Part shown: positions 9,878 to 18,934 of the stretch, one piece after another
Layout: the number at the start of each line of letters is the position of its first letter
Numbering within the stretch: the stretch's first letter is position 1
IMG/VR virus record: IMGVR_UViG_3300046532_001253
Location: 1 to 61,767 of that record
Source of the DNA: a virus
Lineage: Duplodnaviria > Caudoviricetes
Strand: one strand, 5' to 3'
Length of the DNA: 61,767 nt
Position numbers and translations under genes: made by a program
Notes under the pieces: model-generated
What the model was told of the DNA's origin: nothing
Database searches by the model: none
What the model saw: only the letters and a program-made list of their open reading frames with translations

Positions 9878-10961
9878 AGTGTTTCTCCATTTCAGATATA
9901 TAGTTTACTATCTTTGTGCCGCGATGTCTATCTCTAATGGTAATCATATCTAAGAATTCTTTCCAGTTTTCTTCATTAGAGTTATCCAGTGTATTGATAA
10001 TTCCTTCTAAACCATTTTGTGCTTCGTAATCAACAGCACGAAGTCTGTCTTGTGCAAGTTGAGCTAATTCCTTTGGCAAGCACACAGGCGCTAGGTAATG
10101 AGGCTTTGTTAATATATCAAACTGCACAAAAAGCTCTTCCTGTTTAGCCCACTCTAATAATCTATCAATGTATAATACATTTAAATTTTGCACGACTGTG
10201 TTTACAAAAATATTAGCATCAGGTATTTGACGCATCAACTCTATATTCTTAGTTATAATATTCCATTTGCTTGGATATCTTATGTAATGGTTAAGTTCTG
10301 CATATCCGTCAATACTTAAACACATCTTAATATCGTGTGCTGACAATACATCAACCCAACTTTGATCAAATTTAGTTCCGTTAGTTGCAATCATTATTTC
10401 TTTGCGTTGTGTTAATGATGAAAGAATATCACGAACCCAAGGCAACATAAACGGTTCGCCTCCCCTTAGGATAAAGCTATCACTGTGTTCCATTATTTCA
10501 AGTATTTTGTAATTGTCTTTTTCATTCCAATTGTATTTTTTTTGATCCCATACCTTGCCAAACAGTTTGTTTTCTTCAACTAAAAATTGGCTACTAGACT
10601 GCGGGTTACACATCAAGCATTTCAAGTTACATACATTTGATAACTGTATTTCCCAATCTAATGGTTGTTCTGTTTGTTCTGTTATGTCACTCCAACGTTC
10701 ATTGCTGTACTGCCGAAAACTTTTTGATCCTTGTTCTTCTTGTTTATAGCAACGAACACATTCATCACTATGTTCATTGTTCTTGATACGCTTTCTTAGA
10801 TCATTGAGATAATTGCTATTCCACCATTCGTCAACAGAGTGCGTTTTCATATTAAAATCTGTTGTTACAAAACTACGACAACAAGGCATAAAACGTCCTT
10901 GGGTGTCTACCAGACTATGCATAAACGGACGCACACAAAATTTATCGTTATCTTTGAGCAT
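9870..10961 (-). CDS. Radical SAM protein with N-terminal SPASM/twitch domain
   Basis: CNLKCLMC, RGGEP, ATNG; N-terminal CVRPF...MPCC...CVRC. Confidence 0.92.
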   Translation of the reverse strand: MLKDNDKFCVRPFMHSLVDTQGRFMPCCRSFVTTDFNMKTHSVDEWWNSNYLNDLRKRIKNNEHSDECVRCYKQEEQGSKSFRQYSNERWSDITEQTEQPLDWEIQLSNVCNLKCLMCNPQSSSQFLVEENKLFGKVWDQKKYNWNEKDNYKILEIMEHSDSFILRGGEPFMLPWVRDILSSLTQRKEIMIATNGTKFDQSWVDVLSAHDIKMCLSIDGYAELNHYIRYPSKWNIITKNIELMRQIPDANIFVNTVVQNLNVLYIDRLLEWAKQEELFVQFDILTKPHYLAPVCLPKELAQLAQDRLRAVDYEAQNGLEGIINTLDNSNEENWKEFLDMITIRDRHRGTKIVNYISEMEKHFA

Positions 10962-12354
10962 AATATCTACCTTGTTTCCAAAACTCTTCCATTTCTGGAA
11001 ATGTCTTTAAGAAATCTGTGCCTCTACGTTTATCATGTTCAGTAAAAAACCTATAAAAGTCTGCTCTATTTTTCTGTAAGTATTCTGGTGATAATTCTGA
11101 TCCTTTACGCATCCAAGTAATATCTCTACGCATGCGTTGTACTTCGTAATCTTTAAATCCATGAAATGGATCATCTTTAGTTTCTAAATTCTGTTCCATC
11201 CAGTCAGCAACATCTGTTAATTTATCAGCATAAGGCCAAGGAAGTATCTGCAAACTCTGCCAGGCAGGTTGTCGTAGTAAAGGAGTATCAAACCATACAC
11301 GTTGATATGTTGTACTAAATGATTTACGTAAATCAAGTATCCATTCTAGTTGCTTCCTAATACCAGATACACTTAAATTATTCATTGTAATAATAAATGT
11401 TAAGCTATTACGTTCCGGAACTTCAGTTAGGTACCTATGAACATTGTTTGCCATGCGAGGCCAACTAAGTCCGTGTCTAATGTATTCAGCATGAGCAGGA
11501 ATGCCGGTATCTAAACTAACATATTGCATAAAATGCTCAATTTGAGACTTGCATAATTTCTTTACGTAACCTATATATTTTTCAAACAGTTTATCTTCTA
11601 CACTAAAGTTACTAGTTACATTTAAGTGTAACTCAGGATTTGGCAATGCTAATACATAATCAAACACACGATAGGTATTATTATCCATTAATGGCTCGCC
11701 TCCGGTCATTCGAAAATGCTTTAGGTGTGGATATAATGAGGGCCACCATTCCCAAAACGCATCTACGTATGGATTTTCTTCTCTGTGCGGAATTGGTCTA
11801 TTACGACCAGTAAAATGCTCAGGTGCATTATGCGGAGTACTAGTAGGATATGCTCCGGCCTTTTTAATCTCTTTCATCCAGGTAGTGCTAAACTGCGGAC
11901 TACAATATGAACAAGCTAAGTTACACGCATTGTTAAAATTAACCTCAACATAACTAGGCTTCCAATCTTCGTCGCCTGAGCTATTCTTAATTGCTTCGTA
12001 ATCACTAGCCGCCCAAGGTTCGCCGCTTCGGTAATGTCTATCACTTAGGTTACCCGAATCTTCGATGTTCCAACAATACTGACATTCTGATGGTCGCTCA
12101 CCTTTGAGCATTATTTTACGTTGCTCTTTTTTATGCTCTGTGTTATGTAATGCATCAGGATTAATCTTTACTGCATCGGCATCAATCTTATGCAATGGAG
12201 GATGGTAACAACTGTTGTTTAGACCAGTAGGCAAATGAAAACTTACTTGTTTCCATTTAGCCAGACACAATCCTTTACCAAGGTTGTCTTTCATAAATTC
12301 TGCACTAGCCATAAACTTACTTTTATTGCCTACGGACTCATCACCTTTATTCAT
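10948..12354 (-). CDS. Radical SAM protein with His-substituted twitch domain
   Basis: CNLACSYC, TGGEP; N-terminal CLAKW...SCYHP...CQYCW; clear paralog of 8522-9877. Confidence 0.92.
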   Translation of the reverse strand: MNKGDESVGNKSKFMASAEFMKDNLGKGLCLAKWKQVSFHLPTGLNNSCYHPPLHKIDADAVKINPDALHNTEHKKEQRKIMLKGERPSECQYCWNIEDSGNLSDRHYRSGEPWAASDYEAIKNSSGDEDWKPSYVEVNFNNACNLACSYCSPQFSTTWMKEIKKAGAYPTSTPHNAPEHFTGRNRPIPHREENPYVDAFWEWWPSLYPHLKHFRMTGGEPLMDNNTYRVFDYVLALPNPELHLNVTSNFSVEDKLFEKYIGYVKKLCKSQIEHFMQYVSLDTGIPAHAEYIRHGLSWPRMANNVHRYLTEVPERNSLTFIITMNNLSVSGIRKQLEWILDLRKSFSTTYQRVWFDTPLLRQPAWQSLQILPWPYADKLTDVADWMEQNLETKDDPFHGFKDYEVQRMRRDITWMRKGSELSPEYLQKNRADFYRFFTEHDKRRGTDFLKTFPEMEEFWKQGRYYAQR

Positions 12355-12637
12355 AGTTAATCATTCCAATCGCTACAAGATATCCTAATATATTAACACA
12401 TGCAAAGTAGATTGTCAAGAGAAAAGGCCAAACTAATTGTCTACGTTTATATGCTACAATAGCTAAAACACTACCAATAAAAAACCCAGGATATACTAGT
12501 GTCATATCTGGGTTGTTAGCAGTAACCGCAAGTATTAGACTTGCTCCAACAGTAAATACAAAACTAAGCATCTCATAATAAAATGCTGTTTTATCACTGC
12601 GATAACTATTAATCCAAAATTCTTTTACTTTATTCAT
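12347..12637 (-). CDS. Small membrane protein (~3 TM helices)
   Basis: Hydrophobic ~96-aa ORF; start refined to ATG 12637, which overlaps the upstream TGA. Confidence 0.75.
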   Translation of the reverse strand: MNKVKEFWINSYRSDKTAFYYEMLSFVFTVGASLILAVTANNPDMTLVYPGFFIGSVLAIVAYKRRQLVWPFLLTIYFACVNILGYLVAIGMINYE

Positions 12638-12936
12638 CACCATCCCATTATCATCTTTGTTTCTTCAGAAACGCTGTCCATAGTAAACGGAGGATCAAAT
12701 GTAGTAACTACTTCTACGTTGAGAACTCCAGGTGCATATCCTGCTTTCTTAATATCGTCTACAATTTGATCCGCAAACGGACAAAATGCACTTGTTAATG
12801 TATGTGTAATTTCTACCCACTGATCTGCTTTATTAATCTTAATATCATATATCAATCCAAGATCGTATATATTAATGCTTATTTCAGGGTCAAAAACTTC
12901 ACGTAAATTTGCTATAATCTGCTCTTTGTCTATCAT
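12637..12936 (-). CDS. MIP18/SufT/PaaD (DUF59) Fe-S cluster assembly protein
   Basis: LREVFDPEISINIYDLGLIY, TLTSAFCP and FDPPFT signatures; start refined to ATG 12936. Confidence 0.9.
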   Translation of the reverse strand: MIDKEQIIANLREVFDPEISINIYDLGLIYDIKINKADQWVEITHTLTSAFCPFADQIVDDIKKAGYAPGVLNVEVVTTFDPPFTMDSVSEETKMIMGW

Positions 12937-12937
12937 A

Positions 12938-13870
12938 CTACCATCCTTCAATTCGACGAATAACGTCAATCTCTTTTGTCATCATATCTAAATTGTTATG
13001 ACCCGTTTCGTAATGATACTTAAAAAATTGGCTTGTTGATGCATCTAATTCAACAATGTTTAATGCTAATCTGTTATTAAGCATTTCAGTTACTTGTTCC
13101 ATACTATTATGTCTACCAACGCTAGTAGTCTCTAAGTATTCAGCATAGACTTCTGCAAGTTTATCAAAATCTTGTACCTGTGTAAAATCCCAGTCTGTTA
13201 ACATTGTTAGATAGGTTCCATATCTAGCACCGTTAATTGCTTCTTCTCCGTGTTCTACATCACGTCCTATAGTTTGCCAAATCTGCAAGTGGTCGAGGTT
13301 ACGTTTCTTAGCATTATCATCGAACTCTTGCAAACTTGGCTTGCGTCCACGATCTAAGCACATTTTAACACCTTCTCGGAACCCTGCCCGCCAGGCATGA
13401 AATGGGCTACCGTTAGGATATGTAGTGCTGTAGCAGTTGTGCATAGGGTAATAAGTTTCCTCGAAACAGAATTCTACGGCTGTTTCGTGACTCCCGTCAC
13501 TTGCTTCGTGGGTACGCATATTGTTAACAAATCCTTTACTCCATACACTCATACCACCATTACCGTACATCAGTCCGTTAATGTGATTACGTGCTTTCCA
13601 TCTGAATGCACAATCGTTATTAGGAGTTTCAATTTGTAAATTAAAAAAGTCTGCATCTGGAATATTGTCGCCGTCGATTAATACAAAAAAATTAGTATCA
13701 CTTGTTTCAGCCGCGGCCTTATGTGCGGCATCACTGCCCTTTATTCCGTCAACACGTTTAGCCCATGGAACAATATTTAGAATCTTAATCCAAAACTCTT
13801 CCTTTTGCGGTTCGTCATAGCTTAGATAGATACAATCTAAATCTGCTATATCAGTTATACTTAAATCCAT
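12938..13870 (-). CDS. Putative GT-A fold glycosyltransferase
   Basis: FVLIDGDN DxD motif following AHKAAA; GMSVW strand. Confidence 0.6.
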   Translation of the reverse strand: MDLSITDIADLDCIYLSYDEPQKEEFWIKILNIVPWAKRVDGIKGSDAAHKAAAETSDTNFFVLIDGDNIPDADFFNLQIETPNNDCAFRWKARNHINGLMYGNGGMSVWSKGFVNNMRTHEASDGSHETAVEFCFEETYYPMHNCYSTTYPNGSPFHAWRAGFREGVKMCLDRGRKPSLQEFDDNAKKRNLDHLQIWQTIGRDVEHGEEAINGARYGTYLTMLTDWDFTQVQDFDKLAEVYAEYLETTSVGRHNSMEQVTEMLNNRLALNIVELDASTSQFFKYHYETGHNNLDMMTKEIDVIRRIEGW

Positions 13871-14144
13871 AATATTGACCTTCTCCAGCGTCGGTTAAAA
13901 TTCCTGCATGATTTTTAGCAGACCTATACTTACTAACTTCTTTTTTTTCTAATAGAAATTTATTAGTGTTAGTATCAATGCGAGTTAACTTACCGTCAAT
14001 TACTCGCATACTTGAATAATTTGGTTTGTTATAGAGTGCTTTACTAATCCGAATATACCGACCAGGTAACTCTTCGTTAACTGACATACGTGTGGGTACG
14101 CCTGTTTCATCATAGTATAATCGATATTCAAAGTTGGTTTTCAT
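13851..14144 (-). CDS. Hypothetical protein
   Basis: 97-aa ORF overlapping both neighbours in the operon. Confidence 0.7.
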   Translation of the reverse strand: MKTNFEYRLYYDETGVPTRMSVNEELPGRYIRISKALYNKPNYSSMRVIDGKLTRIDTNTNKFLLEKKEVSKYRSAKNHAGILTDAGEGQYYGFKYN

Positions 14145-14970
14145 ATTGATTAATTAAATCCTTTACTATAAAGTTCTTGTCATGATAATGAACTGGATAA
14201 AGTTGCAGTACGTTATTAATACGCATCTCAGCTAAATCATTTTCAACATGTACTGAATCAAATACCTTAACAGTTTCTGCCCATCCTTGAATACCAGGTT
14301 TCATATGTGCAAAACGAAAGAAATCTAAACTAGGAATATAAGGTTCTTGATCAACCATTGTTGATACTATACCATATACAACATCTGTTGTTGGGTGCTC
14401 GTCTCTAACATTAGTTAATCCAAAGTCACGTATACTATCCCAGTTTTTATAAATCTCTTTAGCTAAAGTAAAAAACTCTGAGGCTTCTTTGCTATAACGA
14501 AAATACATCATACCGTTATAAACATCTGGCATGTTATTATAATCAAATAATTTACGATAATTACGGTTAGTACTGTGTCTCTGTTGGTAATCAACTACTC
14601 CATAACTTAATACTACATTCCGCAATCTAAGTGCTTGCCACCAATGAGATATATCTCTAGTAAACAATAAATCAGATTCAAGTTTAATGGTCTCTTTAAA
14701 AGGTGTTAGCCAGAAAATTTGCCACTCGTTGGAGAGTTTCCAATTAGCATCTTTTGCATTATCTTGTTTTAAGGTAATAACGTAGTCGAACGCACGGCGT
14801 TGAGTGTCTGTTATTTGAGACTGTGTAAGCTCATCCACTATTACAGCATATAGGCTGTTAGGTTGTGTTACCTTTATATTTAGCGCCTGAAGGTATGCCA
14901 GCTCTAAATAGTTTACATCATTGGTATTCTGTGCTATTGTAAGGAAACCTTTGTCAGCTTTATGTTGCAT
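14128..14970 (-). CDS. Putative glycosyltransferase (GT8-like, ExD variant)
   Basis: TPFKETIKLESDLL, YNGMMYF, TTDV and a C-terminal HYH. Confidence 0.65.
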   Translation of the reverse strand: MQHKADKGFLTIAQNTNDVNYLELAYLQALNIKVTQPNSLYAVIVDELTQSQITDTQRRAFDYVITLKQDNAKDANWKLSNEWQIFWLTPFKETIKLESDLLFTRDISHWWQALRLRNVVLSYGVVDYQQRHSTNRNYRKLFDYNNMPDVYNGMMYFRYSKEASEFFTLAKEIYKNWDSIRDFGLTNVRDEHPTTDVVYGIVSTMVDQEPYIPSLDFFRFAHMKPGIQGWAETVKVFDSVHVENDLAEMRINNVLQLYPVHYHDKNFIVKDLINQYENQL

Positions 14971-15706
14971 TGATTATCCTTTCAAACTGCTCAGACTGTA
15001 AATAGAGCTTGTCATGGAAGTGTATAGATGTATATGGTAACACGTATGCTCCATTATCTGTAACTACTTTAATCCAATCATCTATGATAATTTCATTAAC
15101 TTTACCTTGTATTGTTAATAACGGCCACGGAATCTTTGTAGCGTCAGACTCTACATAACCGTTAACCAATCTATCAGCAATAGTAAATGCAACATCATTG
15201 CGAAAGTTTCCCATCTGTATCCGGTAGAGTTCTCTATAGTAAGGATAATTGTCTTGCACCATTTTAGCAAAGGTAAACAAATCTTTTGATTTCTGTGTTT
15301 TATTAAATGCAATTACTGTAGCCCACAACATTGGGCTAATTGCAACTTCTCCTAATGTATCAATAGCATTAGTATTAACATAGACATTAGTTTTCGCTAT
15401 GCTATAATCTGTTACAGTATCTAGTACTTTAAGGAGATTATCATCAAATATTAAATAGTCTCCGTCTAACACTAGTGTTTGGTCATATGGAGATAAGTCG
15501 TATGCCTCACACCTTCCGGCGTTTTGCCATTCAACTACTTTACCGTCAAGATATCGTTTATTATTAGATTTACTACCACTAACTATAGTAGTAGGTAATC
15601 CAAGATATCTTTTAATTAGTTTAGCATTAATATTTGCAATTTTAACATAGTCAATTTCTTTTGTATTAGTTGCAAATATCAATACACCTCTAGACTTTTC
15701 TGACAC
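14960..15706 (-). CDS. Putative glycosyltransferase (GT8-like)
   Basis: LSPYDQTLVLDGDYL (DxD), FRNDVAF and a C-terminal IHFHDK. Confidence 0.7.
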   Translation of the reverse strand: MSEKSRGVLIFATNTKEIDYVKIANINAKLIKRYLGLPTTIVSGSKSNNKRYLDGKVVEWQNAGRCEAYDLSPYDQTLVLDGDYLIFDDNLLKVLDTVTDYSIAKTNVYVNTNAIDTLGEVAISPMLWATVIAFNKTQKSKDLFTFAKMVQDNYPYYRELYRIQMGNFRNDVAFTIADRLVNGYVESDATKIPWPLLTIQGKVNEIIIDDWIKVVTDNGAYVLPYTSIHFHDKLYLQSEQFERIINAT

Positions 15707-16013
15707 TTTTAAGTTCCTGATATTGTGTATGCCAAGTATTCATTACCGCTTGGTAACGTTCTTTAGCTAATAATACTAGTTCACTACGTTTAATTGGAAC
15801 AGGATTATTATATGTATCTTCAAGAAACATATCTTCGGTATGCCAGCTTTCTAAAAAAGCAATCAAAGTAGGAGTAACATAAAACAATCCACTATTGTAA
15901 GTTACATGTAACTCAGCCTGGATTGATTCACGTAATGCTTTCTTATTAGTCTGAAACTTGGTAGATGCTTTAACTCTATCAACTAAGTTCTGGTTCACGT
16001 TTTGCTTCAACAT
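15690..16013 (-). CDS. Hypothetical protein
   Basis: ~105-aa ORF coupled to both neighbours; exact start uncertain (possibly GTG near 15998). Confidence 0.7.
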   Translation of the reverse strand: MLKQNVNQNLVDRVKASTKFQTNKKALRESIQAELHVTYNSGLFYVTPTLIAFLESWHTEDMFLEDTYNNPVPIKRSELVLLAKERYQAVMNTWHTQYQELKSVRKV

Positions 16014-16275
16014 TTATTGTTTTCGATTCTATTGCATTATTAATAAATTTAACGGCGTCATCTACGTCATTAAAGGTCGCGGCTTCGTGGTCTTCGATTT
16101 CAATTTCGAATTCTTCTTCAAATGCCATTGCTAATTCAATATTGTCTAGGCTGTCTGCGCCAAGGTCGTCTACGAAACTTGAGTCAGTATCAACAGCCGT
16201 GGGCTCAACACCTAGGTGTACTTCTAAAATATTTTTCACTCGAGTCAGAGTGTCTTGGTAACTCGGTTTGACCAT
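15979..16275 (-). CDS. acpP: Acyl carrier protein
   Basis: FVDDLGADSLDNIELAMAFEEEFEIEI contains the phosphopantetheine Ser; acidic; AGGAG RBS. Confidence 0.93.
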   Translation of the reverse strand: MVKPSYQDTLTRVKNILEVHLGVEPTAVDTDSSFVDDLGADSLDNIELAMAFEEEFEIEIEDHEAATFNDVDDAVKFINNAIESKTINVEAKREPELS

Positions 16276-16306
16276 CTATATCTACTCCTGTATAATGATT
16301 ACTAGT

Positions 16307-16335
16307 AGTATATAACAAAAAACCCACTCTGTCAA
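16307..16335 (-). promoter_or_regulatory. Sigma70-type promoter for the ACP/radical SAM operon
   Basis: Minus strand reads TTGACA-17 nt-TATACT, with the -10 box ~30 nt upstream of the ACP ATG. Confidence 0.85.
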
Positions 16336-16345
16336 GTGGGTTTTT
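16317..16345 (-). terminator. Intrinsic terminator ending the structural operon (probably bidirectional)
   Basis: AAAAACCCACT-ctgtca-AGTGGGTTTTT perfect inverted repeat with a U-tract on both strands, ~30 nt after the stop at 16378. Confidence 0.85.
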
Positions 16346-16377
16346 CATTTATGGTTAAATTTGTTTTAAATTAAGTA

Positions 16378-17301
16378 CTAGCCAGTTGTAACACCGCCCC
16401 ATACGTTTGAAAGGTTACTTGTTGATGGTGGGCGTACTGTTAATGTTGATGTAACTGAAAAGTTAATTGAATCATCAAAGTTATCAGCGGCTGTATCAGT
16501 AAAAGTAAGTACTATAGTAACAATCTGTCCAACATCTCCATTGGATCCTTGTACACCATTAGTCTTAATGAATACTTGAATATCGTTGCTGTTATAATCG
16601 CCAACGCCATTTGCACCGTACACTCTTAGTATAGATGCATTAGAAGTTCCAGCATTCCAGTAACCTAGAGCAGTGTTTGAAGAGTTAACTGTGCCGCCCG
16701 AGCCTGTTCTACTGTTTGTTGCTTGACCAATAATAATACTACCAAGGTTAGCAACTAGTGCAACCCATGCAGTACCTTTAGCGTTACCAGACGTATTTGA
16801 AGCTGAGAGGTTCCAAATTAGTTTTCCGCCTGCGTTAAAGAAGTAACGTGCTTGGTCCGCACTAGCAAATGTTGCTGTACGTGTAATTGATTGTGAACCT
16901 GTATTAATTGCTGTTGCACTACTGCCTGCGGCGGCAACGTCTGATCCGTTTGAAGCAAAGTTTAAACGGTTGTTAAATCCATTAGTAACCGATGTACTTA
17001 AAGTACTTAAGAAAGTAATAGTATTACCAGCACTTGGTTGCGTAAGTCCTGAACCAGATCCTGCTTGATGTGAAAGAATTGAATCAATACGTGCAATTAA
17101 TGTTGCCCACTGTGTTGCTGTTACAGTATCACTACCGCCAGTAACTGTTGACAATGTTGTTGATTGTCCGTATCCTTTATTTCCGCTTCCTACACCCCAG
17201 ACAGTATTAATGTTTGCTGTGTTGTGGCTTACAGCCGCTCCACCTTGTGCAAAAGTATTATAATCGGTTGCTTGGATTAATCCACCTTGGCTATATGTCA
17301 T
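16378..17301 (-). CDS. Virion structural protein (fibre/baseplate associated)
   Basis: G/S/T/A/N-rich beta protein with an ARYFFNAGG motif, at the end of the fibre cluster. Confidence 0.65.
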   Translation of the reverse strand: MTYSQGGLIQATDYNTFAQGGAAVSHNTANINTVWGVGSGNKGYGQSTTLSTVTGGSDTVTATQWATLIARIDSILSHQAGSGSGLTQPSAGNTITFLSTLSTSVTNGFNNRLNFASNGSDVAAAGSSATAINTGSQSITRTATFASADQARYFFNAGGKLIWNLSASNTSGNAKGTAWVALVANLGSIIIGQATNSRTGSGGTVNSSNTALGYWNAGTSNASILRVYGANGVGDYNSNDIQVFIKTNGVQGSNGDVGQIVTIVLTFTDTAADNFDDSINFSVTSTLTVRPPSTSNLSNVWGGVTTG

Positions 17302-17320
17302 GTTATTTTACCCTTGTTTA

Positions 17321-18865
17321 TTATGAAGTTAGTTTTACAATAGCTTCGACTGAGCCGAGCCCGTCATACCATTTATCTTCTAGCGAACGCCCAATTACGT
17401 TCCAGGGGGTAATTTCATCTTTAGAAGCGGCTCTAGCACGGCCATTACCAGCACTTACCAATCTGTCACCCTTGTTTACTTGTCCAACTACTGTTACTGG
17501 AACTCTTCCACTAACTGCAATAGCTGGATGTGTTTGATCGTCTCCAGCGCCGGCATTCATTAAGTATGCCGCTCTACTACTTACCACGCCAAAGACCTCG
17601 TCGGATAAATCTTCTCCAACTTTGGTAATTTCTTCAACGCCGCCAAGTGCAACCACTGTGCCAGGAGCATATGTTGCATCAGATGCAAAACGCTCCGCCA
17701 AATCCGCGTATTGTGCTTGTGTAGATGTTCCACTAAATGTGGAAGCGTAAATTGTATTAAATTTATGTGTAGCGTTACCTAAGCTAAATGAGTTTCCAGT
17801 TGAAACTCTGATACTTCCAGTAATTTCGTTTGTACCGTCTCTCTTAAGATATGTTGCTAATTGTGTTTGGATGTCGGAAATATCACCACCTGATCCAGCA
17901 ATGGAATCTACTAATGTTGTAATCTCAGCATCTACGTATCCTTTAGTTGCAATACCGTTAGTAGTAGTTGGACTACCTACTACTACTTCTGCTTTTCCTG
18001 TTCCTGTTAATGAAATAATCTTTGTGTTAGTGTTTGCTACCTTAACATAAAAATCCAAAGCATTACCGTTAGTAACACTAGAAACGTTTGAAGCTGATCC
18101 TGTAACTGTTAGTGCAAAGTCGTTACTTGCACCAACTGTTAAACCACTATTGTTTTGAATTGACTGTGCGGCTGTAAACGCAGTAGAACCTGCTAGTGTT
18201 GCATATGCACTTGCCGCTACACCGTTAAGTGAAGTTGCGTTATCAGCATTGCCCCAATATTTAAGTCCCGAAATACTTGTACTTAGATTAAATCCAGGCT
18301 TAATTGAAGTAAAGCCAGGAGCACTAGATGCTGATAACGGAGTAAATTCAGCGTCTCTACTTAAAATACTAGTTAACTGGTTGTTAACAAAGAACTTAAC
18401 AACAACGTGTGTTGCATTGCCTGCGGCATTATCTGCAATAACGTCTGCAATAGCACCTGTTTGTCCTGATGTTGCTGTAAATGCTGGGCCAATTGTTACA
18501 AAGCTAGTTCCGGAGTAAACTTTGAGCTGAGTATTTGTTGTGTCCCACCATAAATCTCCAACAACTGGATCAGCTGGTGCAGAGGAACTACTAATGGAAC
18601 TTGAAATAACTTTCCATGCTGTTCCTGTGAATACTTTAAGCAATTTATTAGCACTATCATACCATAATTGACCAGTAAGTGGATCATCAGGGGCGGCACT
18701 ATTTGAAAAGTTCTCTAGGATTTTAACAAAATTCTGGTTAAGGAACGCACCGTAGCCTGAATAGTTCTTACCGATAAGAACCAGACTAGTGGTTGTCTCG
18801 TCAGTTAGGCCATCTGCTAAGTTTAATAGCGTTGTACCATCCGTTTTTGTAATTGTATATGGCAT
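17321..18865 (-). CDS. Tail fibre/spike protein with shared N-terminal anchor and C-terminal chaperone-like domain
   Basis: N-terminal GKNYSGYG...ENF...GQLWYD; C-terminal AQYADLAERF...GTVV...GRVPV...KGDRLVS. Confidence 0.7.
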   Translation of the reverse strand: MPYTITKTDGTTLLNLADGLTDETTTSLVLIGKNYSGYGAFLNQNFVKILENFSNSAAPDDPLTGQLWYDSANKLLKVFTGTAWKVISSSISSSSAPADPVVGDLWWDTTNTQLKVYSGTSFVTIGPAFTATSGQTGAIADVIADNAAGNATHVVVKFFVNNQLTSILSRDAEFTPLSASSAPGFTSIKPGFNLSTSISGLKYWGNADNATSLNGVAASAYATLAGSTAFTAAQSIQNNSGLTVGASNDFALTVTGSASNVSSVTNGNALDFYVKVANTNTKIISLTGTGKAEVVVGSPTTTNGIATKGYVDAEITTLVDSIAGSGGDISDIQTQLATYLKRDGTNEITGSIRVSTGNSFSLGNATHKFNTIYASTFSGTSTQAQYADLAERFASDATYAPGTVVALGGVEEITKVGEDLSDEVFGVVSSRAAYLMNAGAGDDQTHPAIAVSGRVPVTVVGQVNKGDRLVSAGNGRARAASKDEITPWNVIGRSLEDKWYDGLGSVEAIVKLTS

Positions 18866-18910
18866 TTACATGTTCTCCGTGCAAGTATGTATATTTACTT
18901 TATATGTTTT

Positions 18911-18917
18911 TATTTAT
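18911..18917 (-). promoter_or_regulatory. T4-type late promoter box (ATAAATA)
   Basis: Intergenic, ~45 nt upstream of ATG 18865; recurrent motif; gp55 is in the window. Confidence 0.6.
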
Positions 18918-18934
18918 CCAGTTTCCACTAATGC

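Noticed and set aside
1-16275. Interpreting the enzyme cluster as host chromosomal DNA or a saxitoxin cluster
   Set aside because: It is contiguous with phage genes, similar in composition, and has paralogs among gp47/gp46; no sxtA-like or other core toxin genes are present.
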